From contig NC_092006.1 of NCBI RefSeq assembly GCF_044704955.1, positions 5,270,001 to 5,334,000 of the forward strand: a stretch of DNA of 64,000 nt. Reading direction: 5' to 3'. The notes under the pieces were generated by a model. It ran no database searches and was not told where the DNA came from. It saw only the letters and a list, made by a program, of their open reading frames with translations. Origin of the DNA: Pristiophorus japonicus. Taxonomy: Eukaryota. The translations under genes and the position numbers were made by a program. Below, piece by piece: positions 1 through 13,106 of this stretch (within the stretch, counting starts at the first letter, position 1; every line of letters starts with the position of its first letter).

Positions 1-67
1 CATAGGTCATTGGGTCACAATCCCGGCACTCCATCCCTAACAGCACTGTTAGGAGCACCTTCACCAC

Positions 68-1745
68 AGCGGACTGTCGAACTCGTTTGGCAGAACGTCT
101 CATCGCCAGAGCTGTCACACAAGCACCAAGACGTAGCTTGGTTGGCGGTGAGGAGGGCCTTACCCGTCAGAGCCTTCATGCACAGCCGACGTCCCAGCAA
201 CTCGGCACGGTGCCCCCTTCGGGATTGCGCCTTCGCAAGGCAGGTTTGGAAAGAGATGCAGTGGTTGCTGTCGAGGTTCATCCCGAGCAGCTCCGTAACA
301 CAGGACCCTGTGCTCTAGGGGCTGTTCCCAGGGACACACACCCAGACATCACCTGCTGCTGGAGGGCCATCAACTCAGTCAAAGACGCTCTTCGGTCTTG
401 CCGAGACTTGCTGGTCTTCCAGAGCAAGGAGATGTCCACGTCTGCGTGTTGCAGACTGGCGCAATCCACGATCCAGGATTACGTGCTGAGGGACGCACTT
501 AAAATTGGTGCAGTCGCCGCGAAGGCACGGTGGGGAAGGGCCACAGTTTAAAACCCTTCTGTCACGGTAAACCCAGGGGCAGGAATCAGTACAAAACTCC
601 CCTCGGGTCGTACTTTTTTAAAATTTCGAAGTATACTTTATTCATATAAAAATCTGTACAGTACATTCAAAAGCAGTTCAGTACATTTAGCTGCGGTCAG
701 CAATCCCATACACTACATTTGGGTGCTGACGGAAGTTCCGTTCGATACATTTCCTTGCTTTTCAGTTCAAGTACAATTCAGTACAATATGGGATACCTTG
801 TAGTACATTCGACAAATTACATTACACGTGTCACTATACATTACACGGAATGGGTGACGGTACATTTACATTTTTTCTTTTCAACGTGCATTACGAAACA
901 GACCTTACATTGTACATGGTACTACATAGGTGTTTACAGATCATGGTGCTCCATGTACACAAAAAAGAAGTTATAAGTACGGCCCGAGGGGAGTTTTGTA
1001 CTGATTCCTGCCCCCGGGTTTACCGTGTCAGAAGGGCTTTAAACTGCGGCCCTTCCCCACCATGCCTTTGCGGCGACTGCACCAATTTTAAGTGCGTCCC
1101 TCAGCACGTAATCCTGGATCGTGGATTGCGCCAGTCTGCAACACGCAGACGTGGACATCTCCTTGCTCTGGAAGACCAGCAAGTCTCGGCAAGACCAAAG
1201 AGCGTCTTTGACTGAGTTGATGACCCTCCAGCAGCAGGTGATGTCAGTCTCGGTGTGTGTCCCTGGGAACAGCCCGTAGAGCACAGAGTCCTGTGTTACG
1301 GAGCTGCTCGGGATGAACCTCGACAGCAACCACTGCATCTCTTTCCAAACCTGCCTTGCGAAGGGGCAATCCTGAAGGAGTTGGGTGACAGTCTCGGGCT
1401 GTACTTGTTAATCTGCTTGTATACATAGAGCACCATGTACTGACAAACACCTGTGTTTGTGCCATGTACAATGCAAGTCTCTGCACTGTTTAGTAACTTG
1501 TAAAGAAATGTAAATGTATTCTCACCCCGTTCCGTGCACTGCTTTCAACTGCACAGCGCTACATGTAACATGATTTACGGATTGTACTAAACCGTACCTT
1601 GAAATGAAATGCACTCGAGTGCATTGTACGGAACTGCTGTCAGCATCCAAACGAATTGCATGGAATTGCTGGCCACAAGTTGCTGAACTATTTTCCAATG
1701 TATTGTGAACATTTTATATGAATAAAGTATATTTTTGGAAAACAA
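68..1745 (+). mobile_element. Tx1/L1-clade non-LTR retrotransposon 3' fragment containing a nested inverted copy (~613-1396)
   Basis: zf-RVT-like C-terminal peptide (WLAVRRALPV...CP..DC.FARQVW) on both strands; AATAAA plus A-rich tails at ~1721-1749 (+) and ~614-642 (-). Confidence 0.75.
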
Positions 1746-2131
1746 AAACACGGACTGCAGCGGTTCAAGAAGGCGGCTCACCACCACCTTCTCAAGGGGC
1801 GATTGGGGATAGGCAATAAATGCCGGCCTGGCCAGCGACGCCCAGATCCTGTGAACGAATCAAACACAATTCTAAACTTTTAACTGCCAAAATTAATAGT
1901 CAGAACAGTGTAAAATGTGCACACCCATACCGTAATCTTTCCGCCATGCTCTCCGAACGACAATGCAGCAAAGCTCTTCGCGTCCACTCTGCAACTCGCA
2001 CTAGCCTGGCCACTGTGACGCACAGACGCTGGCCACATCTCAAGTGCATGAAGGATGGGATTGCTCAGGGCACGGCACCCAAAAGGCTTAGGTCGTAATA
2101 GTTTCCACTGCATCTGAAGGGGCTGCAACCG

Positions 2132-2133
<2 letters not shown>

Positions 2134-2163
<30 letters not shown>
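2134..2163. repeat. (GT)n microsatellite about 80 bp upstream of the gene A ATG
   Basis: Direct reading. Confidence 0.95.
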
Positions 2164-2164
<1 letters not shown>

Positions 2165-2244
2165 ACGGAACATTTGTCGCCCTCTCCGACTGTAGAATGT
2201 TCTGAGCGAGCACGGGAATAGCTGAGTGTGCCCCCGGCCCCAGG

Positions 2245-5200
2245 ATGTTGCTGGAAGCGTTTCCCCTGATCCTCACACTCCACCACGTGTGTTGGAATTA
2301 CGGTGAGTGACCCGTGCTTGGGACTAGCCAAAAACGGGAAACAAGGGGACTGTGTTTGCGGAGTTGAAAATGTGACCCAGCTTTTGCCCCGATATTTTCG
2401 CCCCCTCTCCCTATCTCTGTAACCTCCTTCAGTCCTGCAACCCTCCCTATCTCTGTAACCTCCTTCAGCCCTGCAACCCTCCCTATCACTGTAACCCCCT
2501 CCAGCCCCTCCAACCCTCCCTATCTCTGTAACCCCCTCCAGTCCCTACACCCCTCCCTATCTCTGTAACCCCCTCCAGCCCCTACAACCCTCCCTATCTC
2601 TGTAACGCCCTCCAGCCCCTACAACCCTCCCTATCTTTGTAACGCCCTCCAGCCCCTACACCTCTCCCTATCTCTGTAACCCCCTCCAGCCCCTACACCC
2701 GTCCCTATCTTTGTAGCCCCCTCCAGCCCCTACAACCCTCCCTATCTCTGTCACCTCCTCTAGCACCTACACCCCTCCCTATCTCTGTAACCCCCTCCAA
2801 CCCCTGCAACCCTCCCTATCTCTGTAACCCCCTCCAGCCCCTGCAACCCTCCCTATCTCTGTAACCTCCTCCAGCCCTCCAAACCCCCCGAGATCTCTGC
2901 GCTCCCCAATTCTCTTGAACAACCCCAATTGTAATGACTCAACCATCGGTGGCCGTGCCTTCAGCTGCCTGGGCCCCAAGCTCTGAAACTCCCTCCCTAA
3001 ACCTCTCCGCCTCTCTCTCCTCCTTTAAGACGCTCCTTAAAACCGACTTCTTTGTCCCAGCTTTTGATCATTACCTAATATCTCATTTTGTGACTCGATG
3101 TCAAATTTCCGTGAAGCGTCTTGGGACATTCAATTACGTTGAAGGCGCTTTATAAAAGATATTTTGTTGTTGATAATGTTGGTTTACTTTCAGGTCCTTC
3201 TATAAGGCTAAGCAAAGGCAAAGTAGAGAATAGGTCCAATCTGCCATAACTAAAGGCAATAATGCCGCTGGTCTTAAGTTACAGGCGATGGGTTTGAAAG
3301 TGGCCTCTCTCCATCTCTCAAAAATCAACATGAAGAAATTGTATTTATATAGCGCCTTTAATGTAGTGTCCTGGGGCCAATATTTATCCCTCAACCAACA
3401 TCGCTAAAACAGATGATTTGGGTCATTATCAAATTGCTGTGTGTGGGAGCTTGCTGTGCGCAAATTGGCTGCCGCGTTTCCCACATTACAACAGTGAGCA
3501 CACTCCAAAAAAAGGGCTTCATTGGCCGTAAAGCGTTTTGAGACGGCCGGTGGTCGTGAAAGGCGCTATATAAATCCAAGTCTTTCTTTCTTTTTAGTAA
3601 AACGCTTCACAGGAGAATTATTTTTAAAAATTTGACCCCGAGCCACATGAGGAGATATTAGGGACAGGTGACCAAAAGCTGGGTCAAAGAGATCGGTTTG
3701 AAGGAGCGTCTTAAAGAAGGAGAGCGAGGCGGAGAGGTTTAGGGAGGGAGTTCCAGAACTTGGGGCCCAGGCAGCTGAAGGCACGGCCACCGATGGTGGA
3801 GCGATGGAAATCAGGGGATGGGCAAGAGGGCAGAATTGGAGGAGTGCAGAGATCTCGGAGGGTCGTGGGGGCTGAAGAAGGTTACAGAGTTAGGGAGGGG
3901 TGTATGGGTTAGAGGAGGTTAAGAGATAGGGAGGAGTGTAGGGGCTGGAGAGGGTTACAGAGATCGGGAGGAGTGTAGGGGCTGGAGGGGGGTTACAGAG
4001 ATAGGGAGGGAAATAGTGGCTGGAGGGGGTTACAGAGATAGGGAACGGTTTAGGGGCTGGTGGAGGTTACAGAGATAGGGAGGGGTGTAGGAGCTGGAGG
4101 AGGTTACAGAGATAGGGAGGGGTGTAGGGGCTGGAGGAGGTTACAGAGATTGGGAGGGAAATAGTGGCTGGAGGGGGTTACAGAGAAAGGGAACGGTTTA
4201 GGGGCTGGTGGAGGTTACAGAGATAGGGAGGGGTGTAGGAGCTGGAGGAGGTTACAGAGATAGGGAGGGGTGTAGGGGCTGAAGGAGGTTACAGAGATTG
4301 GGAGGGGTGTAGGGGCTGGAGGAGGTTACAGAGATTGGGAGGGGTGTAGGGGCTGGAGTGATTTACAGAGATAGGAAGGGGTGGAGGGGCTGGAAGGGAT
4401 TACAGAGATAGGGAGCGGTTTAGGGGCTGGAGGGGGTTACAGAGATAGGGAGGGGTGTATGGGTTAGAGGAGGTTAAGAAATTGGGAGGGGTGTAGGGGC
4501 TGGAGGAGGTTACAGAGATTGGGAGGGGTGTAGGGGCTGGAGGAGGTTACAGAGATAGGGAGGGGTGTAGGGGCTGGAGGGGGTTACAGAGATAGGAAGG
4601 GGTGTAGGGGCTGGAGGGGATTACAGAAATAGGGAGTGGATTAGGGGCTGGAGGAGGTTACAGAGATAGGGAGGGGTGTAGGGGCTGGAGGAGATTACAG
4701 AGATAGGGAGGGGTGTAGGGGCAGGAGGTTACAGAGATAGGGAAGGTGTGTAGGGGCTGGAGGAGGTTACAGAGATAGGAAGGTGTGTAGGGGCTGGAGG
4801 GGATTACAGAAATAGGGAGGGGTTTAGGGGCTGGAGGGGGTTACAGAGATAGGGAGGGGTGTAGGAGCTGGAAGAGATTACAGAGATAGGGAGGGGTGTA
4901 GGGGCTGGAGGTTACAGAGATAGGAAGGGGTGTAGGGGCTGGAGGAGGTTACAGAGATAGGGAGGGGTGTAGGGGCTGGACGAGGTGACAGAGATAGGGA
5001 GGGGTGTAGAACTGGAGGAGGTGACAGAGCTCGGGAGGGGGCGCGGCCATGGGGGGGATTTAAACACAGGATGTGAATTTTGAAATCGGGGCGTTGTTTA
5101 ACCAGGAGCCAGTGTGGGTCAGCGAGCACAGGGGGCGATGGGTGAGCGGGACTGGCTGCGAGTTGGGACACAGGTCGGGGCTGCAGAAGTGTGGGATGAA

Positions 5201-8200
5201 CTGGCGTTGAAGGCGCGGGGGTTGGAGCGGACAAACCGTCTCTAATGGGACCCCCCCCCCTCTGTCCAGTCGCAGGATCTGAACCCTTCACTGTGACGGC
5301 GGCAGCCGGGGAGACGGTGGAACTGGAATGCCGCCTGGATTACGAAGTGGAAATCGTGGACAGCTACTTCTGGTACAAGCAACTCGTGGGGGAAGCGCCC
5401 AAGTTGGTGCATATACCAGCCTGCCGTGGAACCGTCTGCAAGTTTACTTCGAAGAGACGGCGCAACAAATATATCCTGGTCCTGCAAATCCTGAAAGTGA
5501 ACACTTCTGACGCCGCGTCCTACTCCTGTGCTGATAGGGATGGCTATGCTCCCCTTAGGAACGGTTCCTTGCTGCTGGTTGGAGGTAAGAACAAAGCCCG
5601 ATTGAATTCATCCCATGCACATGCGATTAAAATTGCATTAGCCAGAATTTAACTGTTTCTTCCATCTCCATCCCCACCCAGACAGTTCCACGCCTAAGAC
5701 CGATGTGCTGGTGTTTGTGACTCCAGGGGAGCCACCTGTGAGGGAAACCATCCCCTTGGTGTGTCTGGTGACCGGCGTGTCCTCCAGGCAAATTGCCATT
5801 TACTGGAACGTGTCGGGACAGTTCGTCGCGGGACGGAGCGAGGTCGGCACCCTGGACCCCAACGGGACCTACAGCATCAGAAGCCACGTGATGGTCGGGG
5901 CGGAGATCTGGAGCAACAGAGGGGTCTGCACTTGTATCGTCGAGCTGGGGTCGCCGGGCAAGTCTTGGAGCAAGAGCGTGTCCCGTCCCGAAGCGGCAAC
6001 AGGTGAGTCATAGAAACATCGAAACATAGAAAATAGGGGCAGGAGCAGGCCATTCGGCCCTTCGAGCCTGCACCACCATTCAATATGATCATGGCTGATC
6101 ATGCAACTTCAGTACCCCATTCCTGCTTTCTCTCCATACCCCTTGATCCCTTTATCCGTAAGGGCCACATCTAACTCCCTTTTGAATATATCCAACGAAC
6201 TGGCCTCAACAACTTTCTGTGGTAGAGAATTCCACAGTTTCACAATTCTCTGAGTGAAGAAGTTTCTCCTCATCTCGGTCCTAAATGGCTTACTCCTTAT
6301 CCTTAGACTGTGACGGGGAGCTCGGTTGCGAACGTGTAACATCAGTTGGACTGGTTCTCTTGCCCCTATTAAGCAACTCCGCGGGTCAAACACAGAGAGA
6401 TATCTATCAGGAGAAACAGTGCAGCCAGCCTATTGGGAAATACCTTGAAATAAGCCCACCCGTCCCAGGTCTTGTAAATAATTTCTCTGCTCTCGACTGC
6501 CCTTCGATTTCTGCCTGTCACCTTCGAATTATAGACTTACACAGCACAGAATCAGGGGTCACCCATTTAAGACAGAGATGAGGAGGAATTTCTGCACTCA
6601 GAAGGTTGTAAATCTGTGGAATTCACTGCCTCGGAGAGCTGTGGAAGAACATAATAACATAAGAAATAGGAGCAGGAGTCGGCCATTCGGTCCCTCGAGC
6701 CTGCTCCGCCATTTAATACGATCATGGCTGATCCGATCATGGACTCAGGTCCACTTCCCTGCCCGCCCCCTTAATCCCTTATCGATTAAGAAACTGTCTA
6801 TCTCCGTCTTAAATATATTCAATGTCCCGGCTCTCTGAGGCAGCGAATTCCACAGATTTACAACCCTCTGAGAGAAGAAATTTCTCCTCATCTCAGTTTT
6901 AAATGGATGGCCCCTTATTCTAAGATTATGCCCCCTAGTTCTAGTCTCCCCCATCAGTGGGGATCATTGAATAAATTTAAGACAGAGAGAGACAGTTTCT
7001 TAGCCGATAAGGGACTAAGGGGGCGGGCAGGGAAGTGGAGCTGAGTCCATGATCGGATCAGCCATGATCTTATTGAATGGTGGAGCAGGCTCGAGGGGCC
7101 GAATGGCCGACTCCTGCTCCTATTTCTTATGTTCTCATGTATATTCTATATCGGGAGAAACAATGCAGTCTGTCTGTTAAAAAATATGTTGAAATAAGCT
7201 ATGGTCACCCTCCAAACCAGGCCTTTTAAATATTTTCTCTGCTCTTGACTGCCCTTCGATTTCGGCGTGTCATCTTAGAATTATCGAATACAGCACAGGA
7301 GTCGGCCATTCGGCCCCTCGAGCCTGCTCCATCATTCAATAAGATCACGGCTGATCTTCGACCTCAACTCCACAATCCTGCACTGTCCCCACTTGGTTCC
7401 CCTCGAGTCCAAAAATCTATTACTCCCTGTCTCAACGACTGAGCCTCCATAGCCCTCTGGGGCAGAAAATTCCAAAGATTCACCACCCTCTGAGTGAAGA
7501 AATTCCTCCTCATCTCAGTCCTAAATGGCCGACCCCTTATCCTGAGACTGTGTGCCCCCTGGTTCTAGACTCCCCAGCCCGGGGGGAAACATCCTCCCTG
7601 CATCTACCCTGTCGAGCCCTGTCAGAATGTTGTATGTTTCAATGAGATCACCTCTCATTCTTCCAAGCTAGGAGTTTACAACATAGAAACATAGAAATTT
7701 ACAGCGCAGAAGGAGGCCATTTCATCCCATCGTATCCACACCGGCCGACAAAGAGCCACACAGGCCTCGGTCAGCAGCCCTGAAGGTTACATATAAACCT
7801 ACGAACGATGAACAATGACGGAAAGGCAAAGAGCACCCAGCCCAACCAGTCCGCCCCACACAACTGCGACACCCCTTACACCGAAACATTCTACACTCCA
7901 CCCCAACCATTGTCCAATTAGCCCCATTCCCCCAACCTTTTCCCCACAGTCCTGCAAAGTGTCACTCTCCAAGTATTTATCAAATTCCCTTTTGAAAGTT
8001 ATTAATGAATCTGCTTCTACTGCCCGCCAGCGCGTCTTGGAATAATTTTAAGATTAAAATCTATTTTAATTTTAATTTTGACTTGTGGATATCTGCAAAT
8101 CAGACATATTACCCTCGGGTTGTGACACTTCAGCGAAATCGGGTTATCGTTCCAGTTTAAGGATAAGGGGTAAGCCATTTAGGACCGAGATGAGGAGAAA

Positions 8201-11200
8201 CTTCTTCACCCAGAGAGTGGTGAACCTGTGGAATTCTCTACCACAGGAAGTTGTTGAGGCCAGTTCGTTGGATATATTCAAAAGGGCGTTAGATGTGGCC
8301 CTTACGGCTAAAGGGATCAAGGGTTATGCAGAGAAAGCAGGAATGGGGTACTGAAGTTGCGTGATCAGCCATGATCATATTGAATGGTGGTGCAGGCTCG
8401 AAGGGCCGAATGGCCTACTCCTGCACGTATTTTCTATGTTTCTATGTTTACAGCTCATAAAAAATAAGGGTGGATGTACATAAATCTTTGAAGGTGACAG
8501 AACAAATTGAAATGGTTGTTAATAATACATACAGAATCCTTGGGTTTATTAATAGACTACAGAAGCAAGGAAGTTATGCCAGACGTATATAAAGACAACA
8601 GTTGGGTCACCGCTGGAGTACTGTGTCCAATTCTGGGCACTGCACTCTAGGAATGATGTCAAGGCCGTGGAGAGGGCGTGGAGGAGATTTACGGGAATGG
8701 TCCTGCACTGGTACGCTCGCGGCCTTCCGCGAGAGGTGGGCACCGGAGGGACTGGAGTGCATCATCACCCCCCCGCCCCCGGCAGACAAATTTTCATTTG
8801 AATTCAGTTGATGGCCAAAACCGAATTTGTTTTCTTGTCGATCTTAGTGCCCCCTCTAATAAGGGGGCATTTGATTTTCGATTGACTGTTTCAACTAAAA
8901 TAGTTGCAGACCTGTTGATTGCGTCCTTAAAAAAGAGGGCACTTGATTTGAAAGTTTTACGCAAAATAGTTGAGGGACTTCAGTGAGGTGGAGAGACTTG
9001 AGAAACTGGGATTGTTCTCCTCAGGAGAAACTTCTTTACCCAGAGAACGGTGAGAATGTGGAACTCGCTGCCACAGGGAGGGGTTGAGGCTAATAGTATC
9101 GATGTATTTAAGGGGAGGCTGGATAAACACATGAGGGAGAAGGGAATAGAGGGATATGCTGATAGATTTAGATGAGGAAAGACGGCAGGAGGCTCGAGTG
9201 GGGCATAAACACCGGCACGGACTGGTTGGGCCCAATGGCCTGTTTCTGTTCCATATTGAGTAGACTGGGTCTTTACTCGTTGGAGTTCAGAAGGATGAGG
9301 GGTGATCTTATAGAAACATTTAAAATAATGAAAGGGAAAGACAAGATAGAGGCAGAGAGGTTGTTTCCACTGGTCGGGGAGACTAGAACTAGGGGGCTCA
9401 GCCTCAAAATACGGGGGAGCCAATTTAAAACCGAGTTGAGAAGGAATTTCTTCTCCCAGAGGGTTGTGAATCTGTGGAATTCTCTGCCCAAGGAAGCAGT
9501 TGAGGCTAGTTCATTGAATGTATACATACAGAATCCTTGGGTTTATTAATAGACTACAGAAGCAAGGAAGTTATGCCAGACGTATATAAAGACAACAGTT
9601 GAGTGAGAATGGTCTGCTCCTGCACCTATTTTCTATGTTTCTATATAATCCTGTGTAATAGTGCAACTTATTCCATTGGCGAGCATTCACTCGTCCAATA
9701 TTGGTCGCGTTGGTTGGTTTGTGGTTTCAAGTCACAGATAGATAGATTTTTAACCAATAAGGGAATTAAGGGTTACGGGGAGCGGGCGGGTAAGTGGACC
9801 TGAGTCCACGGCCAGATCAGCCATGATCTTGTTGAATGGCGGAACAGGCTCGAGGGGCTAGATGGCCTACTCCTGTTCCTAATTCTTATGTTCTTATGTT
9901 CTTATGTTCTTAGATCCGATGTAATCCTGTGTAATAGTGCAACTTATTCCGTGCTTGCTATTGAGGGAGTGCAGCGAAGGTTCATCAGTATGATTCCCGG
10001 GACGGCAGGACTGACATATGAGGAGAGACTGGATCGACTGGGCTTATATTCCCTGGAATTTAGAAGAATGAGAGGGGATCTCATAGAAACATATCAAATT
10101 CTGACGGGACTGGACAGGTTAGATGCAGGAAGAATGTTCCCGATGTTGAGGGAAGTCCAGAACCAGGGGTTACAGTCTAAGGATAAGGGGTAAGCCATTT
10201 AGGACCGAGATGAGGAGAAACTTCTTCACTCAGAGAATAGTGAACCTGTGGAATTCTCTACCACAAAGAGTTGTTGAGGCCAGTTCGTTAGATATGTTCA
10301 AAAGGGAGTTAGATGTGGCCCTCATGGCTAAAGGGATCAAGGAGTATGGAGAGAAAGCAGGAAAGGGGTACTGAGGGAATGATCAGCCATGATCTTATTG
10401 AATGGTGGTGCAGGCTCGAAGGGCTGAATGACCTGCTCCTGCACCTATTTTCTATGTTTCTATATAATCCTGTGTAATAGTGCAACTTATTCCATTGGCG
10501 AGCATTCACTCGTCCAATATTGGTCGCGTTGGCTGGTTTGTGGTTTCACAGCCCGCGTTGGATGCGCCTAAATTGTAACTGGGTCGCGTTTCTCACAAGT
10601 GAGTCGCAGAAAGAGTGGCTTGACCCAGCAACATTTTCTAAGTGTCCTGTCTTTGCAGACTGGTGTACACCGATCCTTCCGTTTGCAATTCGTGTCTCGG
10701 CGATCTTGGTTCTAGTACTGATCCTTATTATTCTGTGTCATCATAACTGCGGCAGACGAGGTGAGTGTTTATATCCGTCAAAAATATCTTTTATAAATGC
10801 TTGTTCAACGTGAGTCCCTTCTCGTATCTTTCGATACTAATTTACAGTGAACTGTTTCAGAAGGACGAGACAAGAGGCCCCGCCAGGAAAGGTGAGTAAT
10901 TGAACTATTTGCAAAGTTGATCAATGAGAGTCTCGCTGGGTTTAACACCGCGTCAGAACCAGTTTAACCCCAACTCTGATTCCAGTGCCAGATATTATTT
11001 GTGTTTTCCACGTTCTTTTTGAGTATGGTTCCAAGACCATTCCACAACTCTGTTCTCGGTATTTACGGCACGTGGCCACGGATTCACAGGAGGTAGAAAA
11101 GTAAAATACTGCGGATGCGAGCAATGTGACAGATACAGAGTTACAGACAGAGAGAGAGAGACAGACAGAGTCAGACAGACAGAGACAGCGACACAGAGAG

Positions 11201-12568
11201 AGAGGCAGAGAGATAGAGAGACAGACAGAGAGAGACAGGGACAGGCAGAGACAGCGACACAGAGAGAGAGAGAGACAGCGACAGAGAGAGAGAGAGAGAG
11301 AGGCAGAGATTGAGAGCGAGAGAGAGAGACAGAGACAGCGACGGAACAAGTTAGAGATGTAACCGGGTTTAAGCTCCACTTTCTCTGTACTTGCTGGAAA
11401 CATTTTTCCTACATTAAAACAATGACTACACTTCAAAAAAGTATGCCATTGGCTGTAAAGTGCTTTGGGAGCCCAGTGGTCGCTACAGAAACGCCAGTCT
11501 GTCTTTGTTTCATTTCTGTTTTATCTCTAACGTTCTCTCGAAGGGTAACAGACCTGAAAGGTTAACTCAGTTTCTCTCCACAAATGCTGCCTGACCCGCT
11601 GAGCATCACAAGAAGTAATGTTTGTCTCCTGTTTCTGTTCCCACACGGTTTCAGCTCCAGAGGGACAGTGAACAGAGCAGGAGGAGGTGAACCACACTTG
11701 GATGAGTTGGATTGAAATGTTGGCGCAAATAGAACGTCAAATGCAGGATATTTCAAAATTCAATTGGGTCATTGCCCGCCTTCAAAATATTCTCCTGTCT
11801 GCCGGACATCCAGAAAGGCTAATTACTGCTTAGTCATGCCAATTAATAATGTATCAGATTGTTAAATAATGTATCGGGTGGACAGTAGACTCCGGGGGTA
11901 GATCGTCCGTGCCCATCTATTGGTGTATTGGACCATTGGTGTATTGGACCATTGGTGTATTGAACCATTGGTTTATTGCACCATTGGTTTATTGGACCAT
12001 TGGTGTATTGCACCATTGGTGTATTGGACCATCAGTGTATTGGGGGAACATTGGTGTATTAATGGACCATTGGTTTATTGGGGGTCATAGGCTTAATGAT
12101 GGACTATTGGCGCTCAGTGCCTCTATAATTTATTATAAATGAGCCGGTCTTGACAATAATTAAATTCAAATTCTTAACTATTTATACACAGTTGACACCC
12201 ATCAAATGGAGGCAAGGCAGACACATCAGGGTACAAGACATGTAAGTAAATTCATTGACCCTGTTGCAATAATATACAGGAACTTGCCGATTTTCTGGGT
12301 ATCGCATGCAAATAATTGGCTTGTCTCTTTCAAAGAGCTGGCACGGGCACGATGGGCCGAATGGCCTATGCCTGTGCTGTATCATGCTACGATTCCTTGA
12401 AACGCGATTGCGGGACGGGATAGTTTGAGCTGCCTTTCGAATAACTTGGAACTTGTCGATATTTAACGTGTGTTCCTGTCTCAGGGCGCCCCGCAAGACC
12501 AGACTTTCTACGCCTCTCTGCAATTCAAAGCCGCGGAAAAGTCATCAAGAAAGAAGGCGGGTCGCTGA
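2245..12568 (+). CDS. Gene A: non-rearranging V-C1-TM IgSF receptor, 8 coding exons, ~330 aa, TM Arg, cytoplasmic TFYASL motif
   Basis: Exons: 2245-2302 (MLLEAFPLILTLHHVCWNY, gtgagt donor), 5270-5584 (V), 5682-6002 (C1), 10659-10760 (DWCTPILPFAIRVSAILVLVLILIILCHHNCGRR), 10861-10891, 11655-11686, 12192-12241, 12485-12568 (GAPQDQTFYASLQFKAAEKSSRKKAGR*). All GT-AG; phases 1,1,1,1,2,1,0 join into 993 nt with one terminal stop. The small cytoplasmic exons are the least certain. Confidence 0.85.
2400..2885. repeat. 37-bp minisatellite, C-rich orientation, within a LINE-like relic
   Basis: Unit about ccctccctatctctgtaaccccctccagcccctacaa. Confidence 0.9.
3860..5040. repeat. 37-bp G-rich minisatellite (~30 copies); also at 53875-54200
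   Basis: Unit gggaggggtgtaggggctggaggaggttacagagata. Confidence 0.92.
5270..5584 (+). CDS. Gene A V-domain exon (V plus degenerate J in one exon)
   Basis: GETVELEC...FWYKQ..GEAPKLV...DAASYSC...LRNGSLLLV; ctaat branch point, pyrimidine tract and cag acceptor; gtaaga donor. Alternative in-phase acceptor 6 nt downstream. Confidence 0.93.
5682..6002 (+). CDS. Gene A C1-like domain exon
   Basis: VLVFVTP...IPLVCLVTG...IYWNVSG...PNGTYSIRSHVMV..EIWS..GVCTCIV; phase 1/1; follows a 97-bp intron. Confidence 0.92.
6010..10463. mobile_element. Cluster of 5'-truncated CR1 LINE fragments, both strands, in gene A intron 3
   Basis: Repeated RRNFFTQRVVNLWNSLP peptide, shared 3'UTR, (ttctatgt)n or (ttcttatg)n tails. 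Confidence 0.9.
10659..10760 (+). CDS. Gene A stalk/TM exon
   Basis: tttgcag acceptor, gtgagt donor, hydrophobic run containing an Arg, stalk Cys. Confidence 0.85.
11128..11342. repeat. GA/CAGA-rich microsatellite
   Basis: Direct reading. Confidence 0.9.
11918..12080. repeat. 16-bp tandem repeat (ttggtgtattggacca)n
   Basis: About 8-9 degenerate copies. Confidence 0.85.
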
Positions 12569-13106
12569 TGAGAACCCCGGAGGGGTTTCTAGCCGGTGGA
12601 CGAGGGAGGAGACGGAACTCGCAAAGAAGAATGCCCAGCCCGGCGGAGATAAGACTGAAGCCACAGAGACTCCAATCAAACATCCGGGGGCTGGGCTTTG
12701 CACTTCACATCGCTGGCCTAGTGCCCATATATCACCCAAAATGCCCTGCTATCGCCCATTTCACTTCGCTGACCTATCGGCGAGTGGAAAATCGCGATAC
12801 AAAAAATGGGCGATGTTCCAGCGATCAGTAAGGCTGACACATCGACCATCGCTGGAACATCGTTCATTTTTTGGGCGATAGTCTAGCCTACCTCCCTGTG
12901 TTCGGAAGGGTTTGCAAACACTCTTTCTGTTGAATGTAAAAGACCCGTGCTTTGAGTATTGTAAAGATGTCCCACTGTATTAGTGAGACCACCATTTAGA
13001 CCAGGGTCTTCTCAGTTTCCTGATTCTCTGAATCTTTTTCTGCTGACCCTGTAATTCCAGTCAGTAACAAGATTGGGGTTTTTTTTGTCGCAAATGCTTG
13101 AATATA

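Noticed and set aside
12453-12881. 142-aa ORF as the gene A tail
   Set aside because: Splice phase selects the other frame (GAPQDQTFYASL...*), which carries the family motif.
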